Origin: Granulicella sp.
Lineage (GTDB): Bacteria > Acidobacteriota > Terriglobia > Terriglobales > Acidobacteriaceae
Direction of reading: 5' to 3'
NCBI GenBank assembly: GCA_003138795.1
Contig: PLHC01000062.1
Coordinates: 31,410-95,409, forward strand
DNA length: 64,000 nucleotides
The position numbers and the translations under genes are program-made. Positions 28,559 to 36,242 of this stretch are shown here, in pieces. The first letter of the stretch is position 1; each line of letters starts with the position of its first letter. The notes below the pieces were generated by a model, which saw only the letters and a list, made by a program, of their open reading frames with translations, searched no databases and was not told the DNA's origin.

Positions 28559-29434
28559 GTGATGGGAGACGTGGTCAAAATCGTCGAGTGCCCTCGGGAT
28601 GCCTGGCAGGGGCTGCCGGGAAAGATTCCGGCAGAGGTGAAGGCGGGTTATCTGCGGAAGTTGGTGGCTGCGGGGTTCAAGCATATCGATGCGGTGAGCT
28701 TCGTATCTCCTGCCGCAGTGCCGCAGATGGCGGATTCAGAGCAGGTGCTGGAGTCTCTGGGGCCTGTGGATGGGGTCGAGATCCTCGGGATCGTGGTGAA
28801 TGAGATGGGAGCAGAGCGAGCGATCAAGACGGGTGCGGTGCAGACGCTGGGGTTTCCGTATTCGATCTCGCCGCAGTTTCTGGAGAGGAATCAGCACCAG
28901 ACGCAGAAGCAGTCGCTGCAGGCGTTGGAGGCGATCCGAAGGCTCGCAACGGATGCGGGGCTGGATGTTGTGGCCTATGTCTCAATGGCGTTCGGGAACC
29001 CCTATGGGGATGCGTGGAGCATCGCCGAGGTGGCGCGGGCGTGCGGGGTGCTGAAGGAGTCGGGCATACGTCAGATTTCGCTGGCGGATACGGTGGGCGT
29101 GGCGACGTCGTCGCAGATTGCGGAGACGGTGGGTGAAGTGATCGCAGCCCATGAGGACGTGGAGCTTGGGGTGCATCTGCATGCGCGGCGGGATGAGGCT
29201 GAGGCAGGGATTCGAGCTGCGTATGCGGCGGGATGCCGACGCTTCGATGCGGCGATTGGGGGGCTGGGAGGATGTCCTTTTGCACAGGATGCGCTGGTCG
29301 GTAATATTCCTACGGAGACGTTGATAGCGGTCTTGAAGGAGCTGAAGGCGCTGTTGCCAGAACTTCAACCGCTGAATGAACTTATTAATGCAAACGCTGA
29401 TATTGCGAGAGATTTTGGGAATCATCCGCGGTGA
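28559..29434 (+). CDS. hydroxymethylglutaryl-CoA lyase
   Basis: N-terminal VKIVECPRDAWQG (PRDG/A-xQ motif), a TIM-barrel HMGL-like pattern and GGLGGCPFA near the C-terminus. Confidence 0.85.
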   Translation: MMGDVVKIVECPRDAWQGLPGKIPAEVKAGYLRKLVAAGFKHIDAVSFVSPAAVPQMADSEQVLESLGPVDGVEILGIVVNEMGAERAIKTGAVQTLGFPYSISPQFLERNQHQTQKQSLQALEAIRRLATDAGLDVVAYVSMAFGNPYGDAWSIAEVARACGVLKESGIRQISLADTVGVATSSQIAETVGEVIAAHEDVELGVHLHARRDEAEAGIRAAYAAGCRRFDAAIGGLGGCPFAQDALVGNIPTETLIAVLKELKALLPELQPLNELINANADIARDFGNHPR

Positions 29435-30249
29435 GTAACTGGGGTTTTGGAACAGACGGGAGGACCGATTTGAGATATGTGACGATCTTGGTTGCGGATG
29501 AGGGTTGGGTTCGGACGATTCGGTTGAATCGCCCAGAGCGGCGCAATGCGATGACTCCGGAGATGCAGGTGGAGCTGATCGCTGCGCTGGAGGAGGCTGG
29601 CGCAAGCGATTGCCGGGTGGTCGTGTTGGAAGGAGCGGGTGAGGCGTTTTGTTCCGGGTTGGATTTGACGGTGCTGCAGGCGACGACCGACAAGACCGCG
29701 TCCGAGCACCGGGAGGATGCAACGCGAATCGCCAGGCTGTTCCGGACGTTGTATGAGTTGCCGAAGGCTACGATCGCAGCCGTGCACGGGGCGGCAATAG
29801 CCGGAGGAACCGGTCTGGCGACGATCTGCGACTTTACCCTGGCGGTTCCAGCGGCCAAGTTTGGGTATACCGAGGTGCGCATCGGGTTTGTGCCGGCACT
29901 TGTTTCGGCATATTTGACGTTGCAGATTGGGGAGAAACCGGCTCGCGACTTGCTGCTGACGGGCCGGCTGTTCGATGCGGCGGAGGCGTATCGGCTGGGC
30001 CTGGTGAACGAGGTGGTGGCGCCGGAGGGGCTGGCAAAGCGCGTGAGTGCGCTGGCACAGACGTTGGCCGCAAATAGTCCAGAGTCTCTGCGGGCGACCA
30101 AGCAACTGTTGGCCGGGCAGAGTAAGTCGTGGCTGGATGCGGCGATTGAGCTGGGGATGGATGCGAACGCGCAGGCTCGGGAGACCACAGATTTTTACGA
30201 GGGCGTTACGGCCTTCCTGGAGAAGCGGACGGCCGTTTGGGCGAAGTAA
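29431..30249 (+). CDS. enoyl-CoA hydratase/isomerase family (methylglutaconyl-CoA hydratase-like)
   Basis: Crotonase-fold motifs ([37 protein letters not shown]). 4-nt overlap with the preceding gene. Confidence 0.85.
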   Translation: MSNWGFGTDGRTDLRYVTILVADEGWVRTIRLNRPERRNAMTPEMQVELIAALEEAGASDCRVVVLEGAGEAFCSGLDLTVLQATTDKTASEHREDATRIARLFRTLYELPKATIAAVHGAAIAGGTGLATICDFTLAVPAAKFGYTEVRIGFVPALVSAYLTLQIGEKPARDLLLTGRLFDAAEAYRLGLVNEVVAPEGLAKRVSALAQTLAANSPESLRATKQLLAGQSKSWLDAAIELGMDANAQARETTDFYEGVTAFLEKRTAVWAK

Positions 30250-30910
30250 GGGTGGTTGGCTGCTCGCTTACAGCCTGATGACTGTAGCGCACAGAAGCAC
30301 CTGTGCGTTGCTCGACTTGCTGTGGCGTGACGCCCTCCGCGAGTTCGATCGCCACGAAGCCCGACGGCGTGACATCGAAGACGCCAAGATCGGTGATGAT
30401 CCGGTTGACGACGCCGGCGCCGGTGAGTGGAAGGGTGCAACTTTCAAGAAGCTTGGGGCTGCCGTCCTGAGCTGCGTGCTCCATTATGACGAGAACGCGC
30501 CGGACGCCCGAGACGAGATCCATCGCACCGCCCATGCCTTTGACTCGCTTGCCGGGAATCATCCAGTTGGCGAGGTCTCCTTTCTCAGAGACCTGCATTG
30601 CACCGAGGATGGCAAGATCTATATGGCCACCGCGAATCATGGCGAAGGAGTCTGCGCTGGAGAAAGTGGACGCGCCGGGGATGAAGGTGACGGTCTCCTT
30701 CCCGGCATTGATGAGGTCGGCGTCCACTTCATCCTCGAGCGGGAACGGCCCCATGCCGAGCAGGCCGTTTTCCGACTGCAGGATGACGGTGATTCCATCG
30801 GGAATATAGCTGGCAACGAGGGTGGGAATCCCGATTCCGAGGTTGACGTAAAAGCCATCCTGCAGTTCAAGGGCGGCGCGAGCGGCCATCTGTTGACGAG
30901 TCCATGCCAC
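30206..30910 (-). CDS. 3-oxoacid CoA-transferase subunit B
   Basis: GTG start at 30910, 4 nt after the subunit A stop and preceded by GAGAGG. (M)[30 protein letters not shown] and QSENG are typical. The low-complexity C-terminal tail runs 44 nt into the convergent hydratase gene. Confidence 0.85.
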   Translation of the reverse strand: MAWTRQQMAARAALELQDGFYVNLGIGIPTLVASYIPDGITVILQSENGLLGMGPFPLEDEVDADLINAGKETVTFIPGASTFSSADSFAMIRGGHIDLAILGAMQVSEKGDLANWMIPGKRVKGMGGAMDLVSGVRRVLVIMEHAAQDGSPKLLESCTLPLTGAGVVNRIITDLGVFDVTPSGFVAIELAEGVTPQQVEQRTGASVRYSHQAVSEQPTTLTSPKRPSASPGRP

Positions 30911-30914
30911 AGGT

Positions 30915-31637
30915 TTACACCTCTCGAGTGGTTTTCTTTTCGATCCGCTTCTCAGGATTGGGGTTATGTACGAGGCGATGAACGAAGATTCCGGGGGTGT
31001 GGATCTCGTCGGGATCAAGCTCGCCGGGCTCGACGATGATCTCCGCTTCGGCCACGGTGATCTTGCCGCAGGTGGCGGCGATAGGGTTGAAGTTGCGCGC
31101 GGTTCTGCGATAGATGAGGTTTCCGTGGAGGTCGGCCTTCCAGGCCTTGACCAACGCAAGATCCGACTGAATGCCGCGTTCGAGGATGTAGGTCACTCCA
31201 TCGAACTCCTTGTGTTCTTTGCCTTCGGCGACCAATGTGCCGACGCCGGCTCGCGTGTAGAAGCCAGGAATGCCTGCGCCGCCGGCTCGCATGCGTTCGG
31301 CGAGCGTGCCTTGTGGGGAGAATTCAACCTCCAGTTCCCCTGCGAGATACTGGCGTTCGAACTCGGCGTTCTCGCCGACATAGCTGGAGATCATCTTTTT
31401 GACCTGGTGCGTCTGAAGCAGCAGACCAATCCCCCACTGATCGACGCCGGCGTTGTTACTGGCGATGGTGAGGTTGCGCACGGCGGTCTCGCGCAGTGCA
31501 AGAATCAGGGCTTCGGGAATTCCGCACAGGCCGAAGCCGCCGATGGCCAGGAGCATGCCGTCGTGCACGATGTCGGCGAGGGCGGTGCGTGCGTCGGGCC
31601 AGAGCTTGGTCAATCCCGATCCGCGATGTGCGGGCAT
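30915..31637 (-). CDS. 3-oxoacid CoA-transferase subunit A
   Basis: [13 protein letters not shown] and the SENG-less A-subunit pattern. The ORF opens at 31694; ATG 31637 ([13 protein letters not shown]) was chosen as giving a more typical length. The start remains uncertain. Confidence 0.85.
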   Translation of the reverse strand: MPAHRGSGLTKLWPDARTALADIVHDGMLLAIGGFGLCGIPEALILALRETAVRNLTIASNNAGVDQWGIGLLLQTHQVKKMISSYVGENAEFERQYLAGELEVEFSPQGTLAERMRAGGAGIPGFYTRAGVGTLVAEGKEHKEFDGVTYILERGIQSDLALVKAWKADLHGNLIYRRTARNFNPIAATCGKITVAEAEIIVEPGELDPDEIHTPGIFVHRLVHNPNPEKRIEKKTTREV

Positions 31638-31743
31638 GTTCACTGATTGGACTCCCGCAACATTGTTACAGATTTCCACGCGCGTCCTGCTCACGTTCTA
31701 TCGCCTCGAAGCAAAGAATCCCTCTTCGATGAGAGGGCTGTCA

Positions 31744-32150
31744 ACTGAGGGTGACGGCGGGCAGGATCGTTCCGCGGCACTCGCCGAGACGGATGATGCG
31801 GGGAGAGCCTTCTCTTGCGCAGAATCCGCGGAGAATTACCTCGTCGCCGTCTACGAGAAAATCGCGCATTTCTCCGCTGGGGAGACGAAGAGGCGATTTT
31901 ACCTCGCTGAGTCAGTCGATACCGGATGACTGCGAGGAATTCGCTGAGAAAGGGGCCTGGCGACTGATTCCCCCAGGCATGGATGTCGCGCGCCGACCAG
32001 TCGTTGAGCAGCGAAAGACTAAAGAGGCGTTGTTCCGCCGCAGCGATTGGAATACGCGTACCCGCCCGGCCAACTGTTCTTTGGCACCCAGATCAAGGTG
32101 CGGTTACGCCTACTGGCCACCAAATATTGCCAGCAGGCCACGATCAGGGT
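31744..32150 (-). pseudogene. decayed fumarylacetoacetase (FAH) gene remnant
   Basis: Own translation. Frame 1 (31911..31744): LSEVKSPLRLPSGEMRDFLVDGDEVILRGFCAREGSPRIIRLGECRGTILPAVTLS*, matching the FAH C-terminus. A different frame (32092..31930) gives GTRIPIAAAEQRLFSLSLLNDWSARDIHAW....PGPFLSEF, the FAH NDWSARDIQxWE...GPFLxKxF core. That frame is preceded by an in-frame TGA. About 120 codons between the two pieces are missing. Confidence 0.6.
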
Positions 32151-32176
32151 TAGCGTAGCATCTTTCTTTATCGACG

Positions 32177-33007
32177 ATGTTTGCGAAGTCGAAGCGCATG
32201 GCCAACTTAACCTCCACTTTCGAGCACCTGCACACAGACCTCGCCGAAACCCTGGTTGCTTGTCGAGCCCATCCGGATAGCAACGCAGTTCATCGCCTGC
32301 GCACGAGTACGCGCCGCATCGAAGCACTGTTGCGAAAGGTACTGGACGATCATCCGCGGGCTACACGTCTGCGCGGCAAGATCAAAAGAGCCTTGCAACA
32401 ATTGAGAAAAGTTCGGAGGGCGGCTGGTCCGGTTCGCGACCTGGATGTTCAGCGCAAGCTGGTGGCGGAGATCACCGAGAAGTCTCGCATCGTTGAATCC
32501 ATTGAACATCGGAAGGAACTGAGCGGTGAATGCAAGGTACTCGATGACTGCCTGCATCGGCGGCGGAAACAATCGACCGCCAAACTCATCAAGATACTAA
32601 AGGTTGCCGAACCCACGTTAGAACGCGCCCTCGAAGACGTCCCTGATGCAATGGCAAACATGCACGAGACATCTCCATTCAAGACAGCCAGACGACTGGT
32701 GCTAGACAATTCGTTAGATCTGAACGATGTCAGTGGTGAGAGATTGCACCGCTATCGGAAGAGGACGAAGGCGGCGCGATACCTGGCGGAGATGCAGAAA
32801 AAATCACCGCTGGCACAGCGCCTGGCGAAGAGACTGAAACGGGTACTCGATGATATCGGACGATGGCATGATCTGATGCTGCTAGCTCAGGAAGCGAAGG
32901 TTATTCTTAGAAAGCGTTCGATCCTCACACAAGCTATCAAGGCAGAGCGGAACCATGCTTTGAGTGTCGCAATCCATTCGGCAGGAACGATGCACCAATC
33001 TCGATGA
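32177..33007 (+). CDS. CHAD domain-containing protein
   Basis: HRLRTSTRRIEALL and LRKVRRAAGPVRDLDV are typical conserved-histidine alpha-helical (CHAD) repeats; 276 aa. Alternative start at 32198. Confidence 0.8.
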   Translation: MFAKSKRMANLTSTFEHLHTDLAETLVACRAHPDSNAVHRLRTSTRRIEALLRKVLDDHPRATRLRGKIKRALQQLRKVRRAAGPVRDLDVQRKLVAEITEKSRIVESIEHRKELSGECKVLDDCLHRRRKQSTAKLIKILKVAEPTLERALEDVPDAMANMHETSPFKTARRLVLDNSLDLNDVSGERLHRYRKRTKAARYLAEMQKKSPLAQRLAKRLKRVLDDIGRWHDLMLLAQEAKVILRKRSILTQAIKAERNHALSVAIHSAGTMHQSR

Positions 33008-33053
33008 AATCTGAGCGATGGAGTGATTGACCGGGTGACCTGCCCCCTATATC

Positions 33054-33917
33054 TCAACCATTTATAACTGGAGTCTCTGTTGGGTAGATGGTTGTGGTTG
33101 GCGAAGGGAGCCGGGCCATGGCCCGGCTCCCTTCGAGGGCAAGTTTGAACTCCTGAGGCGTGCGGTAGTCCAGCGAGCTATGGGGACGCTCGCAGTTGTA
33201 CTCCTCACGCCAGGCTGCCAGAGTACACCGGACGTCGTTCAGCGTGCGGAACCAGCTCGCGTTGAGGCACTCGTCGCGCAGCCTGCCGTGGAAGCTCTCG
33301 ACATGGCCGTTCTGCATCGGCCGGCCCGGCTGGATATGCACCAAACCGATCTTCCAGTCCTCCGACCATGCCAGCATACGTCGCGAGGTGAACTCCGGCC
33401 CGTTGTCCGAGCGCACATTCTCCGGCGGGCCACGCTCTCCGATCAGCCGCTCCAGCACTCGCGTTACACGACCACTGCCGATGCTGGTGTCGGCTTCCAG
33501 CGCCAGGCACTCGCGCGTATACGCATCGACCACGCTGAGGATGCGCACTATCCGTCCCGTCGCCAAGCCATCGACGATGAAGTCCATCGCCCACTCCTGA
33601 TTAGCTCGCGTCAGACGTTGCTCGATCGCACGATCCCGCACTAAGCGCTTGCGCCTCTTGCGTCGCACCATCAGGCCCTCCTCCACATACAGCCGGTAGA
33701 CACGCTTCACGTTCACCTCATGGCCACGACGGCTCAACAGCGCGTGCAGCCGACGATAGCCGTAGCGAGGCTTCTGTCGCGCCAGCTTCACCAACTCGTC
33801 TCGTAACTCCGCGTTGTGGTCCGGCCTCGGCTCATACCGGTAGCTCGACCGCTCCACGCCCAGCAGCTTGCAGGCCGTGCGTTCGCTCAGCCGGAACTCG
33901 CCGGACACGAACGCCAC
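33054..33917 (-). CDS. IS3-family transposase OrfB (DDE integrase core)
   Basis: rve-type core (WAMDFIVD..., DNGPEFTS..., HIQPGRPMQNGHVESFHGRLRDECL). Probably made as an OrfAB fusion by a -1 frameshift. Confidence 0.9.
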   Translation of the reverse strand: MAFVSGEFRLSERTACKLLGVERSSYRYEPRPDHNAELRDELVKLARQKPRYGYRRLHALLSRRGHEVNVKRVYRLYVEEGLMVRRKRRKRLVRDRAIEQRLTRANQEWAMDFIVDGLATGRIVRILSVVDAYTRECLALEADTSIGSGRVTRVLERLIGERGPPENVRSDNGPEFTSRRMLAWSEDWKIGLVHIQPGRPMQNGHVESFHGRLRDECLNASWFRTLNDVRCTLAAWREEYNCERPHSSLDYRTPQEFKLALEGSRAMARLPSPTTTIYPTETPVING

Positions 33918-33925
33918 ATCGCCTC

Positions 33926-34207
33926 TTAGACCGGCAAGCTCCAGCCGTTTTTTCGGATCACGGCCTTCAGTGCTTCGCCGTGCAGGATCAGCTCCGCCAC
34001 CAGCAGCTTCAGACGCCGGTTCTCATCCTCCATCGCCTTCAGCCGCTGCGCATCGCTCACGTCCATCCCGCCGAACTTCTGCTTCCAGCCATAGAACGTC
34101 GCCGCACTGATCCCATGCTCACGGCACAGGTCCGCCGTCTTTATTCCAGCCTCATGCTGCTTCAAAAGCCCGATGATCTGCTCTTCCGTATACCGGCTCT
34201 TCTTCAT
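33926..34207 (-). CDS. IS3-family transposase OrfA (HTH)
   Basis: MKKSRYTEEQIIGLLKQHEAGIKTADLCREHGISAATFYGWKQKFGGMDVSDAQRLKAMEDENRRLK is the typical IS3/IS407-group OrfA with a leucine zipper. Confidence 0.9.
   Translation of the reverse strand: MKKSRYTEEQIIGLLKQHEAGIKTADLCREHGISAATFYGWKQKFGGMDVSDAQRLKAMEDENRRLKLLVAELILHGEALKAVIRKNGWSLPV
33947..33953 (-). other. putative -1 programmed ribosomal frameshift heptamer A AAA AAC
   Basis: On the minus strand, ...GTG ATC CGA AAA AAC GGC... A -1 slip reads KKRLELAGLRGDVAFVSGEFRLSERTACKLLGVER, which joins OrfA to OrfB in frame. Confidence 0.7.
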
Positions 34208-34424
34208 CCTTAGCTCCCTCGTTCAATTTACGAGAGAACTCCAGTAAAGATTGGTAGAGATTTCCGGGGGCAGGTCACGGGCTACACGATCCATTTATTG
34301 AAGGAAATGGATCGCACGCCACGAATATTCGCTGCTGCTTGTGCAGAGGGTGTCTGGAGGCCGGATATCGGCCTCGACGGGCACGCAATCGAGCCAAGAA
34401 AGTGCTATTCATTCCAAATATTTT

Positions 34425-34454
34425 TTGTCAGAAAACGCCGCACCAGCGCGGTGC
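34425..34454 (-). terminator. possible intrinsic terminator after flp-1
   Basis: On the minus strand: GCACCGCGCTGGTGC (5-bp GC stem) followed by GGCGTTTTCTGACAAAAAAT, about 45 nt after the flp-1 stop. The stem is short, so support is weak to moderate. Confidence 0.35.
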
Positions 34455-34498
34455 CTCTGACCCCACCCGCAAGATCAAGCCCCCCGTGCAGGGGTTTC

Positions 34499-34690
34499 CT
34501 AGTAGGCGGTCAGGGAAGCAGTGATGGCGGTGAAGATCGCGCTGATCTCGGTTCTCAGATTCTTCAGGGCGACGGTTGCCCCCAAGGCAATTAGAGCAAC
34601 AACCAGAGTGTACTCGACCAGATCCTGGCCTTCTTCCCGCAACAATAGGCTCTGCATTCCTCTATAAAGAGTCCATATATTCAAGCCCAT
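34499..34690 (-). CDS. flp: Flp/Fap family type IVb pilin (copy 1, 63 aa)
   Basis: MGLNIWTLYRGMQSLLLREEG/QDLVEYTLVVALIALGATVALKNL... has the G/XXXXEY prepilin processing motif and a hydrophobic core. The leader aligns residue-for-residue with copy 2. Confidence 0.85.
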   Translation of the reverse strand: MGLNIWTLYRGMQSLLLREEGQDLVEYTLVVALIALGATVALKNLRTEISAIFTAITASLTAY

Positions 34691-34831
34691 GTTGTAATCT
34701 CTTTGTGAAATATCGGTTTTCTAATTGCTTGTTGGGGAGAGCACACACTGGCAAAACATTCCGCCGCGCGTATCTCTCCCCGAAAGGGTTGCCGAATCGA
34801 TTTACTCTGACCCGGCCTTGCTTGGCGAGAA

Positions 34832-35023
34832 CTAGTAGGCGGTCAGGGAAGCAGTGATGGCGGTGAAGATCGCGCTGATCTCGGTGCCCAGACTCTTCAT
34901 GGCGACGGTCGCCCCCAATGCAATCAGAGCAACAACCAGAGCGTACTCGACCAGATCCTGGCCTTCTTCCTGCGACAATAGGCTCTGAAACTTGGTATAC
35001 AGTCCCTGCAAAGTGTTTTTCAT
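34832..35023 (-). CDS. flp: Flp/Fap family type IVb pilin (copy 2, 63 aa)
   Basis: MKNTLQGLYTKFQSLLSQEEG/QDLVEYALVVALIALGATVAMKSL...; GGGAGA lies 6 nt upstream of ATG 35023. The last 54 nt are identical to copy 1. Confidence 0.88.
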   Translation of the reverse strand: MKNTLQGLYTKFQSLLSQEEGQDLVEYALVVALIALGATVAMKSLGTEISAIFTAITASLTAY

Positions 35024-35078
35024 GTGTTTCTCCCGCGTAAGTTGAAATTCCCCGAAACTCACTGGGGTGCCCTATATC

Positions 35079-35095
35079 AAGCACGTTACGAACCA
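35079..35095 (-). promoter_or_regulatory. sigma-54-type -24/-12 promoter candidate upstream of flp-2
   Basis: Minus strand TGGTTCGTAACGTGCTT has GG-N10-GC spacing exactly as in consensus TGGCAC-N5-TTGCW. The -12 GC lies 58 nt upstream of ATG 35023. This is the weaker match of the three. Confidence 0.45.
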
Positions 35096-35677
35096 TTTCC
35101 AGATCACTTGATCTCGTTATAAATCAGCAGCTTAGGAATAGCGCGGCGCATGACGTGTGAACGACCGTATACAGGACGAGCGAAAGAGGTCTACCTCTCG
35201 TATACATGTTTAGCGAAAGAGCAACAGGCTCGTATCGGGTCAAGAACAGGCCCTGGAGGCAATACTGAGGATGAGGGGTTGCGCGATACAAATCGCATCA
35301 TGCAGAGCAAGACGAGCTTAGCAATGGATTCGCTACTTTATGCGAACAAGGCATGCATGTCGTCGACAGATAGACTCCATGGCCTTGCTACAGAGAAGCA
35401 TGGTCCGAATAATAATTGCGGAAAATGGACTCACTGGCAAAGAAGGCCTCGTAGCCCGATCCACATCCGGCGCGGCTAAATCGGTACAGTCGAATGTAGC
35501 TCCCACCTGGGCCATCAAGTATTTTTCTTAGAGTTCGCTTTTTGTTTATCGATCATCAAGCAATACACCGCGCAACGCGACTGCGACAAATGGCATTAGC
35601 GCTACGCCCTGGCTCCATCGATCTTTGGGCATAGATCGCACTGCTCTTCTACATACGTGTTTGACCCACTCTCGCGG

Positions 35678-36103
35678 TTATATGAAGAACTCAAGATTCA
35701 GACTGTCTCCGGGCCTTGTCTGCGTGTCGCGTATCGTGCCCGAGGCAAGCTCGATCACAGAATGCGCGGAGAGACATACCGACAGCCTCCGTGGAAGCAC
35801 ATCGCTGCGGACTTTTATTATTCGGTGACTGCGGTCCAGATAGACGAGGTCGATTGGGAATTGCATGCCGAAGGTGTGCACGGCTTCACAGGGGAGTATC
35901 CACAGACCTTCGCCAGGAGAAAGCCGCTCGCGCCCCAGCAGACCCTTTCTACGCTTTGCGCCTTTGTCGGCGACTTCCACGTTGCTGGCGAGCAGCGTCT
36001 GGCGAGTGAGGTTCGAGACCCGCAGGCGAGGGTCGGGTCTTGCCCCGCGGTGTTGAGTGAGGCGGTCCAGTAGGTCTAACAATGTCCGGCGCAGCAGATT
36101 CAT
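35678..36103 (-). CDS. DUF192 domain protein (141 aa)
   Basis: VADKGAKRRKGLLGRERLSPGEGLWILPCEAVHTFGMQFPIDLVYLDRSHRIIKV follows the DUF192/COG1430 pattern (A.T...R..GLM.R..L....G..F.....H.FWM..PLD..FLD). ORF trimmed to ATG 36103, downstream of the cpaC stop. Confidence 0.7.
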   Translation of the reverse strand: MNLLRRTLLDLLDRLTQHRGARPDPRLRVSNLTRQTLLASNVEVADKGAKRRKGLLGRERLSPGEGLWILPCEAVHTFGMQFPIDLVYLDRSHRIIKVRSDVLPRRLSVCLSAHSVIELASGTIRDTQTRPGDSLNLEFFI

Positions 36104-36242
36104 CGGGTTAGTCTCAGTCCTTTCAATAGCCCGTTCGTTCAACTGCCCGGTGTCGCAATTTACGCGAACGGCAACTGCGTCTTCACGCTCAGAATGCTTG
36201 CGATCTTCGTTTACCGCATGCTTAAGACACCTGACTAGATAT

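Larger units (their letters stand above)
33036..34277 (-). mobile_element. IS3-family insertion sequence (IS407-group-like), 1242 bp, apparently intact
   Basis: Terminal inverted repeats: TGACCTGCCCCC at 33036..33047 and its reverse complement at 34266..34277, extending imperfectly for about 40 bp. 4-bp direct repeat CGGG at 33032..33035 and 34278..34281. orfA and orfB have a slippery site. Confidence 0.9.

Noticed and set aside
27275-28684. 469-aa minus-strand ORF
   Set aside because: It is antisense to the acyl-CoA dehydrogenase gene and has the same Arg/Pro/His-rich composition. No recognisable domain.
35150-35479. 109-aa plus-strand ORF (and 35333..35518 minus, 35340..35531 plus) in the AT-rich gap between DUF192 and flp-2
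   Set aside because: No SD and no recognisable domain. The ORFs mutually overlap in different frames and their codon usage is unlike the neighbouring genes. The region is more likely regulatory DNA.
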